Positions 51,664 through 61,913 of a stretch of DNA of 64,000 bases are shown piece after piece. Every line of letters starts with the position of its first letter. Position 1 is the first letter of the stretch. The position numbers and the translations under genes are program-made. Origin of the DNA: an uncultured delta proteobacterium (GTDB taxonomy: Bacteria > Myxococcota_A > UBA9160 > SMWR01); the NCBI GenBank assembly GCA_963832165.1, contig CAWHTE010000003.1, positions 320,001 to 384,000 on the forward strand. Direction: 5' to 3'. The notes under the pieces were generated by a model. The model saw only the letters and a program-made list of their open reading frames with translations. It searched no databases and was not told the origin of the DNA.

Positions 51664-52475
51664 GGTCCGAACGCGTCGGCCATGACGCGGGTTGCGAGCG
51701 CCCCATCGATCGGCCCGGCCCACGCCGCCAGTTGGGCGACGGCCTGATGAACGAGCATCCAGCGCCCCGAGACCGCGCGCGCACCGCGCGCCTGCGCGTC
51801 GCGGAGTAGCCGGGTGCGCTCGGGCGCATAGACGGCGTCGAGCACGATCGCACCTCTCTGGATCGACGACGCCGGCACAGGTGATTCCTCGCTGTTCATC
51901 CCGACCGATGTCGCATTGACGAGCACGTCGTGCGGAACCTCTGTGAGGGACTCGAGTGGACCGGCGCCCTGTGCGCCGATCTCGCGCGCGAGGGCCTCGG
52001 CGCGCGACACGTTTCGGTTCAGCACATGTACCGCGGCTCGGCGCTGGATCAGCCCGAACGCGACGGCACGAGCGGTGCCGCCTGCGCCCAGAACGACGGC
52101 TCGTGCGCCCTCGAGAGGGCGCTCCTGCTCCAGTGCGTGGACAGCGCCGATCCAATCCGTGTTCGAGGCGACCAGGCGATCTCCGTGGCGCACGATCGTG
52201 TTTGCGGCACCGATGCGCGCGGCGGTTGCGTCCACCTCGTCGACGAGATCGAGGATTCGCGTCTTGTGCGGGATCGAAATCGAGACCTGACGGAGACCGA
52301 GTCCTCGAATCCCGGCGATCGCGTCTCGCAAGCGAGACTCCGGTACGTCGAACACGACGTAGAGAGCGTCGAGGCCGAGCGCCGCGTAGGCGGCGTTGTG
52401 CATCGCGGGCGACCGAGTGTGCCCGGCCGGATGCAGCACGATGCCACACAGCGCAGTCGATGCAGTGACAGGCAC
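51651..52475 (-). CDS. aroE: Shikimate dehydrogenase
   Basis: [34 protein letters not shown] and MLVHQA motifs; start uncertain. Confidence 0.92.
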
Positions 52476-52562
52476 GGAAGGTCCCTCCGCGAAGGGCCGC
52501 AAGCCTATCGGATCGCGATCCGGGCACCTACAATGCCGCGCGTGGCGCAGGAGGAGCGGCCG

Positions 52563-53057
52563 GTGGCCAAACCGCGAGCACGAGTCGCGATCATCATGGG
52601 CAGCGCGAGTGATTGGGACGTGATGAAGGCGGCCGAACAGATGCTCGACGAGCTCGGAATTCCGAGCGACGCGCGCGTGATCTCGGCCCACCGCACCCCC
52701 GAGCGGCTCACGCGCTTCCTGGCCACCGCCGAGGAGGATGGCATCGAGGTCGTGATCGCAGGCGCCGGAGCGGCCGCGCATCTCGCGGGTGTCACCGCCG
52801 CACACACCCTGCTTCCGGTGCTAGGTGTTCCGCTTCCCGGGTCCGAGCTGCGGGGATTCGACGCCCTGCTCGCGACGGTTCAGATGCCCGGCGGGATCCC
52901 CGTCGCCACGTTCGCGATCGGGCGGTCGGGGGCGAAGAACGCCGCGCTGTTTGCGGCTGCCATCCTCGCGCGTGGAGACGATGCGATCCGCGATCGCCTC
53001 GCCAAGTTCCGCGAGGCGCAGTCGGCCGCAGTTCCGGAGCGCCCGCCCCGCGACTAA
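52563..53057 (+). CDS. purE: N5-carboxyaminoimidazole ribonucleotide mutase
   Basis: RBS AGGAGG; IIMGSASD, SAHRTP, AGAGAAAHLAG and VQMPGGIPVAT motifs. Confidence 0.96.
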   Translation: MAKPRARVAIIMGSASDWDVMKAAEQMLDELGIPSDARVISAHRTPERLTRFLATAEEDGIEVVIAGAGAAAHLAGVTAAHTLLPVLGVPLPGSELRGFDALLATVQMPGGIPVATFAIGRSGAKNAALFAAAILARGDDAIRDRLAKFREAQSAAVPERPPRD

Positions 53058-53833
53058 CTCGAGATCTCTCGCGCCCGCGCGAGCGCGGCCCGGAGATCGC
53101 TCCATACCGCGCGCCGATTCTCTTCGGTGTACTGGCGCAGCACGAAAGCCGGGTGGAGCGTCGGCATCACCGGGATGTCCTTGTAGGTCTGCCAGGTCCC
53201 GCGAACACGAGTGATCGCGACGTCTCGGCCGAGCAGCAGGCTTGTCGCGGGCTTGCCGAGCGCAACGATCACCTTGGGCCGCACCGCTGCGATCTGGCCG
53301 TCGAGGAACACACCGCACGTGCGCGCCTCGTCGGGTAGCGGCGTGCGGTTCTCCGGAGGCCGACACTTTACGATGTTGCAGATGTAGACCTCGCGCCGCG
53401 GGATTCCCAGGCCCTTCTCGATCATCGCCGTGAGGAGCTCCCCGGCGCGCCCCACGAACGGGAGCCCCCTGCGGTCTTCCTCGGCCCCGGGGCCCTCGCC
53501 GATGAACATCAGCTCCGCGTGCGGATCCCCGTCCCCGAACACGATCTGCGTGCGCTGCTCGCACAGACGACACCGCGTGCAATCGCCGAGCGCTGCGCGG
53601 ACGCTCTCGAGCGTGGTGTCGGCGCTCCAGGACGGCGGGACCTCGAACAGGCTCGGCGGCTCCGATCGGCTCGGGGGTGCGGCGAGCGGCGCGACTTCGC
53701 GCTCGGACGCCTCCGGGGAAGAGGGGGCTGACATCGCCTCGGCGCGCTCGAGGCCCTCCTCCGCGAACTCGCCGAGCCACGCTCGCGCGGACGCGAGCCA
53801 CGACAGCAGCTCACCCTGGGCCGACGGACTCAC
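53054..53833 (-). CDS. Uracil-DNA glycosylase family 4 (Fe-S)
   Basis: [32 protein letters not shown] and TLHPA motifs. Confidence 0.93.
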   Translation of the reverse strand: MSPSAQGELLSWLASARAWLGEFAEEGLERAEAMSAPSSPEASEREVAPLAAPPSRSEPPSLFEVPPSWSADTTLESVRAALGDCTRCRLCEQRTQIVFGDGDPHAELMFIGEGPGAEEDRRGLPFVGRAGELLTAMIEKGLGIPRREVYICNIVKCRPPENRTPLPDEARTCGVFLDGQIAAVRPKVIVALGKPATSLLLGRDVAITRVRGTWQTYKDIPVMPTLHPAFVLRQYTEENRRAVWSDLRAALARAREISS

Positions 53834-53837
53834 CGGA

Positions 53838-55859
53838 TCATTCCGCGAGGCGGCTGTCGCGCTCGGCGAAGGCCTGCGCGAGGAGCGCCGCGTCGTTCGG
53901 TGGGGACGAGGCGGTCGGCGGCTTGCCGGGCGAGAGAGGCTTGCCCGTGCCCGCTTCGATCGTCCCGTGTCGGATCTTGTCGATCTTCGCCTTGACCTCG
54001 AACTCGAAGCCCGGGTCGTTGGCATCGTCGTGGCAGGCCCCGCAGATCTGGAGGATCACGCACGAATCGCACTTGTCTCCGAGCGAGACGATCGTTCCCC
54101 GCTTGGTGGCTGCGTCGACGTGATCTCCGCCGGGCCCGTGACAGGATTCGCAACCGACGCGCGCGAGATCGCCGTGCGCCTTGGTCCCGGGCTCGAAGCC
54201 GCCCGTGCGGCCAAAGCCCGTCGTGTGACACTTCAGGCAATTCGCATCGTTCGCCTTGTGTTTCGCCTCGAGGCTCGCGATCGCCTTCGCGTGCGGACTC
54301 GCGGCCCACGTCTCGAATTCCTTCGCGTGACAGCTCTGGCAGGCCTCCGATCCCACGTGGCGAGCTGCCGTCGGGAGCAAGTCGGTCCGGATCGCACCGC
54401 GCTGCTCCATGATCCGCCGGCGCTCTTCCTGGGGAAGCGCGAGGATGTGCGCGTTGGCCGCGTGCGACACCTGGGGCAGGAAGGTCGCGTAGTCGAAGCC
54501 GAGCGAGTGCTTCGTGTCGTGGCAGGTGAGGCAGGCAGGCTGGTAGTCGCCCTTCGCGGGGGTGCCGGGCGAGAGGTGCGGCCCGCCGCGGCCGTGGCAC
54601 GACTCACAACCGACGTTCTCGAGCTCGTGGGGCTTCTTGTCGAGCGCGAAACCGCCGTCCTGCCCGAACCCCACGACGTGACAGCTGACGCACTCCGGAT
54701 CGGAATCGGAGCCGTGGGTCACGAGCGTGCTGAACGCGCGCGCGTGGGTCGTGAGCTCCCAGGTCTCGTGCTCTGACTCATGACACACGCCGCAGACCTC
54801 GCTCCCGGAGTAGCCCTTGGCGCGCAGGAGCATGGGAATCGGCGCACCCGCGAGCTTGGCCATCCGCATCCGGAGCAGCGGGCCGTCGACTTCGCCGCGC
54901 CAGCCCTGCATGCGATGTGCGATTCGCCCCTCGCGATCGATCATCACGAGATCGGGCACTCCCGAGAACGAGCCGTAGGCGGACTGGATCTTGCCGCCGT
55001 CGTCGAAGATCACCGGGAAGAAGTCCAGGCCGTCGCTGCGAAGCGTGCTGCGCACGGCGTCGCTACGGCCGGTCAGCTCGAGTCCGACCACAAGCGGCCT
55101 TTTGTCCTCGGGCATCTCTGCGAGCGCCGTCTTGATGAACTCGAGCGCCTCGTGACAGTGCGGGCAGGTGTGGAGAAAGAAGAGCAGGAGCACCGGGCGT
55201 CCGCGCGTCGAGGAGAGATCGAAGCGCTCCGGTTTGTCGAGCGCGGTGGCCGTGAACTGCGGCGCGATCGGGCGCTCGCCCGGAACCGCCTCGTCGTGGC
55301 CGGGCAGGCGCAGCGCGGTTCGGATCTGGGACTCGGTCGCGTCGACCGCGCCCGGCCCCGGGGCCGGGAACTGCGCCATGGCCCACACGAGATAGCCCTC
55401 TGAATCGACCCCGAGCAGCGCGGCCGGGAAGCGGAGGCCCAGGCGGTCCGTGATGCGTTTCGAGGCATCGTCGATCACGGGGAAGTCGAGCCCATGCTCG
55501 GCCGCGTAGGCCTTCGCTTTCGGGCGGCTCGATCCGGTCTCGACCCCCACGACGTCGAAGTTGTACTCGCCGCGCAGCTTCGCGATCCGCGCCACCGCGT
55601 CGCTGACCGGTGCCGCCGCCGCGTCCTCGGGATCGAAGAAGTAGACGACCAGGCGCTTGCCGATGTGCGTCGAGATGTCGAGGCGCTCGTCGTCGAGCGT
55701 CCAGCCCGAGAACGCGGGCAGCGGGCGCTCCTCGCGCGCGGCCTTCTTCGGCTCCTGGCTCGGGGCGGAGGCCTTGTTCGCGGACGAGTCGTCGCCGTTG
55801 CACGCGAGAGCGGGCCCAATGGCGAGGAGTGCGCAGATGAGGGCCCTCACCCGAGTCAT
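53838..55859 (-). CDS. Lipoprotein with two redoxin (thioredoxin-fold) domains fused to two tetraheme c554-like cytochrome domains
   Basis: Lipobox ALAC; a cysteine-free redoxin domain; a second redoxin domain with CPHC and cis-Pro GVP; eight downstream CxxCH motifs in two repeats. Confidence 0.85.
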   Translation of the reverse strand: MTRVRALICALLAIGPALACNGDDSSANKASAPSQEPKKAAREERPLPAFSGWTLDDERLDISTHIGKRLVVYFFDPEDAAAAPVSDAVARIAKLRGEYNFDVVGVETGSSRPKAKAYAAEHGLDFPVIDDASKRITDRLGLRFPAALLGVDSEGYLVWAMAQFPAPGPGAVDATESQIRTALRLPGHDEAVPGERPIAPQFTATALDKPERFDLSSTRGRPVLLLFFLHTCPHCHEALEFIKTALAEMPEDKRPLVVGLELTGRSDAVRSTLRSDGLDFFPVIFDDGGKIQSAYGSFSGVPDLVMIDREGRIAHRMQGWRGEVDGPLLRMRMAKLAGAPIPMLLRAKGYSGSEVCGVCHESEHETWELTTHARAFSTLVTHGSDSDPECVSCHVVGFGQDGGFALDKKPHELENVGCESCHGRGGPHLSPGTPAKGDYQPACLTCHDTKHSLGFDYATFLPQVSHAANAHILALPQEERRRIMEQRGAIRTDLLPTAARHVGSEACQSCHAKEFETWAASPHAKAIASLEAKHKANDANCLKCHTTGFGRTGGFEPGTKAHGDLARVGCESCHGPGGDHVDAATKRGTIVSLGDKCDSCVILQICGACHDDANDPGFEFEVKAKIDKIRHGTIEAGTGKPLSPGKPPTASSPPNDAALLAQAFAERDSRLAE

Positions 55860-55901
55860 CACGCGCCGCAGAGTAGCGCAGCCGCTGCGAGCGATCGTCG
55901 C

Positions 55902-57050
55902 CTAAGCCGTCTTCTCAAGGATGTGAATGCCGCAGGCGCTCCCGAGTCCGATCACGTGTGCGAGCCCGACGCGCGCACCCTGGACCTGCCGATCGCCGGC
56001 CTCGCCGCGCAGGTGCGTCGCGATCTCGTACACGTTGGCGATGCCCGTGGCGCCCAGCGGGTGCCCCTTCGAGAGCAGGCCTCCCGAGACGTTCACGGGA
56101 ATGCGGCCGCCGTGTGCGGTCTGGCCCTCGTCGATGAGTCGGCCCGCCTCGCCTTCCCCGCACAGTCCCAGATTCTCGTAGTGGAGGATCTCCGCGGTCG
56201 CGAAGCAGTCGTGCAGCTCGACGAGATCCACGTCGTCCGGCCCGATTCCCGCCATCTCGTAGGCCTTGGCGGCGGCCAGACGCGTACAGGTGTTGACGTC
56301 GGGCATCACGAGATCGCGCTGCGTGAACGGGTCGCTGGTGAGGATCGACGCCGAGACCTTCACTGCGCGCTTCAGGCCCAGCTCGCGCGCCTTCTTCTCG
56401 GACGCGAGCACGGCGGCCGCCGCGCCGTCGACGTTGACCGAGCACATCAGCTTGGTGTTCGGGTACGCGATCATCTCCGCGCCCATCACCATCTCGAGCG
56501 GCGTCTCGTTGCGATACATCGACTTCGCGTTCTTCGTCGAATGCTTGTGGTTCTTGACGGAGACCTTCGCGAACTGCTCGAAGGTGGTTCCGTACTTGCG
56601 CGCGTGCTCCATGCCCGCCTCGGCGAACACGGCCGGCATCAGGCCGGAGCCGAGCAGACCCTCCTTGGGAATGCCGCGGCCTCCGCCCGCACCGCCGAGC
56701 AGGCCCGCCTTGCCGAGCTGCTCGACGCCGACGGCGAGCACGAGGTCGTTCACGCCCGCCTTGATCGACATCCAGGCGCCGCGCAGCGCCGTCGCGCCCG
56801 TCGCGCACGCATTGGCGCTGTTGGTCACGGGGATCCCCGTCTGCCCGATCTCCTGGAGGACGCGCTGGCCGACCATCCCCGACGCCTGCATGAGATTTCC
56901 GCAGTAGAGCGCCTCGATGTCCTGGATCTTCACGCCGGCGTCCTTGAGCGCGAGCTGTGCTGCCTCGGCGCCGAGCTCCGGAACCGACTTCTCCGGGTAG
57001 CGGCCGAAGCGGATCATGTCGATTCCGACGACGTATACGTTCTCGCCCAT
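55902..57050 (-). CDS. Thiolase family protein, SCP2/lipid-transfer type
   Basis: NACATG (catalytic Cys), DGAAA, VELHDCF and NVSGGLLSKGHPLGATG motifs. Confidence 0.92.
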   Translation of the reverse strand: MGENVYVVGIDMIRFGRYPEKSVPELGAEAAQLALKDAGVKIQDIEALYCGNLMQASGMVGQRVLQEIGQTGIPVTNSANACATGATALRGAWMSIKAGVNDLVLAVGVEQLGKAGLLGGAGGGRGIPKEGLLGSGLMPAVFAEAGMEHARKYGTTFEQFAKVSVKNHKHSTKNAKSMYRNETPLEMVMGAEMIAYPNTKLMCSVNVDGAAAAVLASEKKARELGLKRAVKVSASILTSDPFTQRDLVMPDVNTCTRLAAAKAYEMAGIGPDDVDLVELHDCFATAEILHYENLGLCGEGEAGRLIDEGQTAHGGRIPVNVSGGLLSKGHPLGATGIANVYEIATHLRGEAGDRQVQGARVGLAHVIGLGSACGIHILEKTA

Positions 57051-57090
57051 GTTCTCGAGCTCCTTCGCGTGAGGCGTTGTGTCTCTGGTC

Positions 57091-57522
57091 TCAGGCGCGC
57101 GGTTTGAAGTAGTAGGTGAGGTACTCGTTGCCCTCTTTGTCCTTGCGCGGGGCGATCTCGTACACCACCTCGACGGCCATACCCATCTTGATCTTGGCCG
57201 GGTCGGGCTCGATGCCGATCAGGTTCCCCTTGACGGTTCCGCCGCCCTCGAGATCGACGATCGCGGAGACGTAGGGCACCTCGATGCCCGGAAACGACCG
57301 ATGGACGATCGAGTACACGTAGAGCTCGCCGCGGTCCGACAGCCGGGTCGCCTCGAACGAGCCCGTCGTGCCGCAGCTCGAACAGGTGAGGCGTTCGCCC
57401 AGGAAGAGGGCGTTGCACTTGCGGCACTTCTGACCCTCGAGATAGGGACTGCCGCTCGTGGGAATCTTCAGGAACTCGACGATCGGACGCGGACCGCTCG
57501 CGGTGGCGGCTTCGGGGGGCAT
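57091..57522 (-). CDS. DUF35 family Zn-ribbon/OB-fold protein
   Basis: RBS AGGAGG; CRKC...CSSC ribbon; GELYVYSIV, PY..AIVDL and KMGMAV; adjacent to the thiolase. Confidence 0.9.
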   Translation of the reverse strand: MPPEAATASGPRPIVEFLKIPTSGSPYLEGQKCRKCNALFLGERLTCSSCGTTGSFEATRLSDRGELYVYSIVHRSFPGIEVPYVSAIVDLEGGGTVKGNLIGIEPDPAKIKMGMAVEVVYEIAPRKDKEGNEYLTYYFKPRA

Positions 57523-57589
57523 GGGGATCCTCCTGCGGGCGACGCAGGATGCCAGCATGCGCACGCGCCTGTCAAACCAGGCCGTGGAT

Positions 57590-58102
57590 TCAGCGCAGCG
57601 CCTTCTTCGCCTGGGCGAGCCGCTCCTTGAACACCGAATTGTCGGGCTCGAAGGTGAGGGCGGTTTGCAGGTTCCGCGCGGCTGAGGCCCAGTTCCCCCG
57701 CGCGATGTCGGTCTCGGCGAGCTTGAAGAATTGACGCCCCTGCGGCGTGCGCCCGCCGCGCTCCACGGTGGACTGGCGATCCGCTTCGGCCGCGGCGTCC
57801 GCGAGCTGCATCCGCACGACGGGCGTGCCGCCCTCGAGGGTGCGGTCGTAGGCCTGGCGGCGCCTCGGGTCGCGCAGCACCGCGTAGGCCTCCGTGACCC
57901 GCTTGGCGATCACGTGGGAAGCGGTGCGCAGGTCGTTGCCGAGGTGCCGGTTGGCATCGGGGTGGAAGTTGCGCGAGCTGTTGTGATAGGCGCGCTTCAC
58001 TTCTGCCGTACCCGCGTCTCGCCGCAGGTCGAGCAACTGGTAGTAGTCCAGCTCTTCGATGATGCGCGAGAGCGCGACGATCTCGCTGGGCGCCATCTTC
58101 AT
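57590..58102 (-). CDS. J-domain protein with a C-terminal TPR-like helical pair
   Basis: DYYQLL, VKRAY, FHPD and EAYAVL.DP.RR..YD motifs; ends A...LQTALTFEPDN. Confidence 0.85.
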   Translation of the reverse strand: MKMAPSEIVALSRIIEELDYYQLLDLRRDAGTAEVKRAYHNSSRNFHPDANRHLGNDLRTASHVIAKRVTEAYAVLRDPRRRQAYDRTLEGGTPVVRMQLADAAAEADRQSTVERGGRTPQGRQFFKLAETDIARGNWASAARNLQTALTFEPDNSVFKERLAQAKKALR

Positions 58103-58110
58103 GGCGCGCC

Positions 58111-60196
58111 TCAGTTCTGCGACTCGGGGTCGGATAGCTCGGCGCCCGAGGTGTCGAAGAGCGAGTCGCCCTCCTCGAACGGTTCGGCCGCGAGGTCGAG
58201 GTCGCTCGTGTCGAGCGCGGCGAGATCCTCCTCGGAGAGCTCGACCTCGTCGCTACGCAGCGCGGGACTCGCGCCCGCCTTCGCGGTCGCGGGTGCCGCA
58301 GATGTCGCTTCGACGGTGTCCCAATCGGGCTGGGTGGTGGCGCCGCTGTCGATCTCGAGCGGATCGGTGTCGAGCGCGTCCGAGGGCTCGACCTCGAGCA
58401 GATCCTCGTCGAGATCGCCGCCCACGTCTGCGAGGTCGGTTTCAGGCATCGGGATCAGCGCGTCGGAATCGTCCAGAACCGGTGCGGGGGCAGCGGCGCG
58501 CCGCCGATCGGGCACCGGCACGGGAGCAGGCGCGGGTGCGGCCGGCGTGCGCGGAATCGGCGCGGGCGCCTTCAGCGAGGGCGCTGCCGCCGCGGCCGCG
58601 CGCGGCACCGGGCCCGGCGCTCCGGTCTGCACACGGCTCGGCGTCTGCGCGGCCGATGATCTTCTTGATCTCACCCTCGGACAGCCCCGACGAGAGCGTG
58701 ATGCGCGTCGAGGTCTGCTGTCCGGTCTTCTTGTCGCTCGCGGTCACGTTCACGATCCCGTCCGTGTTGATCTCGAACGTGACGTCGATCTCGACCTCGC
58801 CGCGCGCGCCGCGCTGGAAGTTCGAGAACTCGAATTGACCGAGCAGCTCGTTCTCGCTCGCCTCGCGCGACTCGCCCTGGTACACGCGGATCTTGACCGA
58901 CTCCTGATCGTCACGCGCCGTCGTGAACGTGCGCGTCTGCTCGATCGGAACCGGGGTGTTGCGTCCGATCACGGTCTCCGAGAGTCCGCCCGCGACGCCG
59001 ACCTGGAGCGAGAGCGGCGTCACGTCGAGCAGGTAGGCGTCGCCGGTCGTCTGCTCGACCAGTGACGCCGCGTGGATCGCCGCGCCCATCGCGACCACTT
59101 CGTCGGGGTCGACGTCGTGCCTCGGCTCCTGCTGGAAGTACTCCGCCACCGCCCGGCGGATGCCCGGCAACCGCGTCGGGCCGCCGACGAGGATCACGCC
59201 GTCGAGGTCGCGCGCGACGAGGCCCGCCTCCTGGAGCGCCTCGTCGCATACCTTGAAGGTGCGCACGACGAGGTCGGAGGTGAGCGACCAGAACATCTCG
59301 CTCGTGAGCGTGCGTTCGATCGAGCGCGAGCTCCCGTCGGGAGTCGTGATCACGTCGGGGATCCGGATCTCGACCTCTTCCTCGACGGACAGACCCTTCT
59401 TCGCGTTCTCGGCCGCCATCTTGAGCTTCTCGAGCGCGAACGGATCGTTGCGGAGGTTGATGCCCTCGCGCGCGAGGAAGTCCTCGGCGAGCCAGTCGAT
59501 CAGACGGTCGTCGAAGTCGTCGCCGCCCAGGAACGTATCGCCGCTCGTCGACAGCACCTCGAAGACGTCCTCGCCGATCTCGAGCACCGAGATATCGAAC
59601 GTGCCGCCGCCGAGGTCGTAGACGGCGACCTTCTGATTCAGGTCCTTGCCGAAGCCATACGCGAGCGCTGCCGCAGTGGGCTCGTTCAGGATGCGCAGCA
59701 CTTCGAGGCCCGCGATCCGCGCCGCGTCGCGCGTCGCCTGGCGCTGGTTGTCGTTGAAGTACGCGGGCACCGTCACGACGGCCTTGGCCACGGGGCGGCC
59801 GAGTCGCGAATCGGCGATCGACTTCAGCTCGCGCAGCACCATCGCGCCGATCTCGGGCAGGCTGAACACCTCCTGCCCGACCTGGATGCGCACGCTGTGG
59901 TTCTCGCCCTCGACGATCTTGTACGAGCAGATCGCCTTGGCCTTCTTGACTTCCTCGGAGAAGAAATAACGCCCGATCAGCCGCTTCGCGGAGTAGATCG
60001 TGCGCATGGGGTCGTGGATGATGTTGGCCTTGGCCGCATTCCCGACCGTGATCGACCCGTCGGAGCCGATGTTGACCACGCTCGCGGTCGTGCGCTCGCC
60101 ATAGGCGTTGGGCAGCACGTCGACGCGCCGGTTGCGCGCGATCGCCACGCAGGAGTTGCTGGTTCCGAGGTCGATGCCGACCGCAATCTCTGCCAT
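58111..60196 (-). CDS. Hsp70/DnaK paralog with a truncated lid and acidic tail (one apparent frameshift near 58640)
   Basis: GIDLGTSNS, TVPAYFND, NEPTAAALAYG, DLGGGTFD, LLDVTPLSL and VYQGE motifs; the Pro/Ala- and Asp/Glu-rich tail is in the next frame. Confidence 0.88.
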
Positions 60197-60323
60197 CAGG
60201 AGTCCCCGCCGTCGCTCCAACAGTCCTCATCGGCAGGTAGCGCGGGGGGCTGGAGGAGCCGTTGCGTCTCTTGGAGCGTTGTGGGGCACGTGCTAAACCC
60301 CTTCTGTTTCCGGGGAGTTGCGT

Positions 60324-61073
60324 ATGTCTGGGCATTCCCGATGGTCGACGATCAAGCGCAAGAAGGGCGCTGCGGACGCCAAGCGCGGCAAGGTCTTCAC
60401 CAAGCTGATCCGCGAGATCAGCACGGCGGCCCGGATCGGGGGTGGCGACCCCAACGCGAACCCGCGGCTGCGCCTCGCCGTCGAAAAGGCGCGCGGCGCG
60501 AACATGGCCAAGGACACGATGGAGCGCGCGATCAAGAAGGGGATGGGGGGAGGCGAGGGCGCCGCTTTCGAGGAAGTGGTGTACGAGGGTTACGGCCCGG
60601 GCGGAACCGCGATCTACGTCGAGACCTTGACCGACAACAAGAACCGCACCGTCGGTGAAGTGCGCCACGTGCTGACCAAGTACGGGGGAAACCTCGGCGC
60701 GAACGGTTGCGTGGCCTACCTGTTCGAGAAGCGCGGCGTCGCGACCTTCGAGGCCACGTCGGTCGACGTCGACGCGCTCATGGAGGCCGCGCTCGAGGCG
60801 GGCGCGAACGACGTGGTCGAGTCGGGGAGCTCGATCGATGTGGTGACGGCGCCGGGCGCGCTCGGCGTCGTCGTCGAGGCGCTCTCGGCGAAGGGCTTCA
60901 AGGCGGCCGAGAGCAACATCACGATGGAGCCCAGCACCACCGTGAGCCTCGAGGGCACCCACGCGGAGACGATGCTGCGCGTGGCCGATGCCCTCGAAGA
61001 TCTCGACGACGTGCAGAACGTCTATGCGAACTTCGACATCTCCGACGACGAGATGCAGCGGATCGCGGGGTAG
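60324..61073 (+). CDS. yebC: YebC/PmpR family protein
   Basis: [28 protein letters not shown] and [13 protein letters not shown] motifs. Confidence 0.96.
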   Translation: MSGHSRWSTIKRKKGAADAKRGKVFTKLIREISTAARIGGGDPNANPRLRLAVEKARGANMAKDTMERAIKKGMGGGEGAAFEEVVYEGYGPGGTAIYVETLTDNKNRTVGEVRHVLTKYGGNLGANGCVAYLFEKRGVATFEATSVDVDALMEAALEAGANDVVESGSSIDVVTAPGALGVVVEALSAKGFKAAESNITMEPSTTVSLEGTHAETMLRVADALEDLDDVQNVYANFDISDDEMQRIAG

Positions 61074-61090
61074 TTCGGCAAGCGCCGCGC

Positions 61091-61170
61091 CGCAAGTTTC
61101 GCGCAGCGAGCCGAAGGCGAGCGAAGACCATCGAGAGGGCGCGCGCAGCGAGGCGAAGCCGAGCGAAGTC
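61091..61170 (+). repeat. REP-like hairpin repeat, two tandem copies (61091-61133 and 61141-61170)
   Basis: The cores GCGAGCCGAAGGCGAGC and GCGAGGCGAAGCCGAGC differ by one compensatory base-pair swap. Confidence 0.85.
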
Positions 61171-61203
61171 GGAAAGGTGGCCTCCGCGTCCGCAACGCCG
61201 ACG

Positions 61204-61243
61204 AGGAGCGAATCTTGGGTCGCGCTCCTAGCTCCGCTATTAT
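61204..61243 (+). promoter_or_regulatory. Candidate sigma70 promoter for ruvCAB with an inverted repeat around the -35 box
   Basis: TTGGGT (61215)-17 nt-TATTAT (61238); AGGAGCG-N12-CGCTCCT at 61204-61229. Confidence 0.5.
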
Positions 61244-61313
61244 GCCTCCGCGCGGCCACCCCCCGCGCGTCAGACCGCGTCGTCCGATCCTCTCGCCCCT
61301 GGCGTAGGCGCGC

Positions 61314-61913
61314 GTGGACACCGATATCGAACGACACCAAGACGGCGTAGCCACACGCGCGCGTTTGCGCGTGCTCGGCGTGGATCCCGGGTCCCAGGCC
61401 ACGGGCTATGGCGTGATCGACCGCGTCGGCTCCGAGCTGCACTGGGTCGCGCACGGCGTGCTGCGACCGACCCGCTCCGCTGCGCTCGCGCCGCGTCTGG
61501 CCTCGTTGACGGAGGCGCTGGCCGCCGTCATCGCGCAGTACGCACCCGACGTCGCGAGCGTCGAAGACGTCTTCGTCGCGGCGAGCCCGCGCGCGGCGCT
61601 CGTCCTCGGGCAGGCGCGCGGTGCCGCGCTCGTGGCGCTCGGCACCGCCGCGATCCCGTTGGTGGCGTACGCGCCCGCGCGGATCAAGCAGGCGGTGGCG
61701 GGCAGCGGCCGCGCGCCCAAGGACCAGATGCAGCGGATGGTGAAGCGGATGCTCGGACTCGCGAGCGCGCCTGCGGCCGACGCCGCCGATGCGCTCGCGG
61801 CTGCGATCTGTCACGCGCGGGCGGGACCGCTCGAGCGCGTGCGCCGGCCGCGCCCGCGTCCGCGCGTGAGCCTGCGCGACGTCGATCCGCAGCTGCTCCG
61901 GTGGGCGCGATGA
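61314..61913 (+). CDS. ruvC: Holliday junction resolvase RuvC
   Basis: [34 protein letters not shown] and DAADALA motifs; start may be the TTG at 61365. Confidence 0.95.
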   Translation: MDTDIERHQDGVATRARLRVLGVDPGSQATGYGVIDRVGSELHWVAHGVLRPTRSAALAPRLASLTEALAAVIAQYAPDVASVEDVFVAASPRAALVLGQARGAALVALGTAAIPLVAYAPARIKQAVAGSGRAPKDQMQRMVKRMLGLASAPAADAADALAAAICHARAGPLERVRRPRPRPRVSLRDVDPQLLRWAR

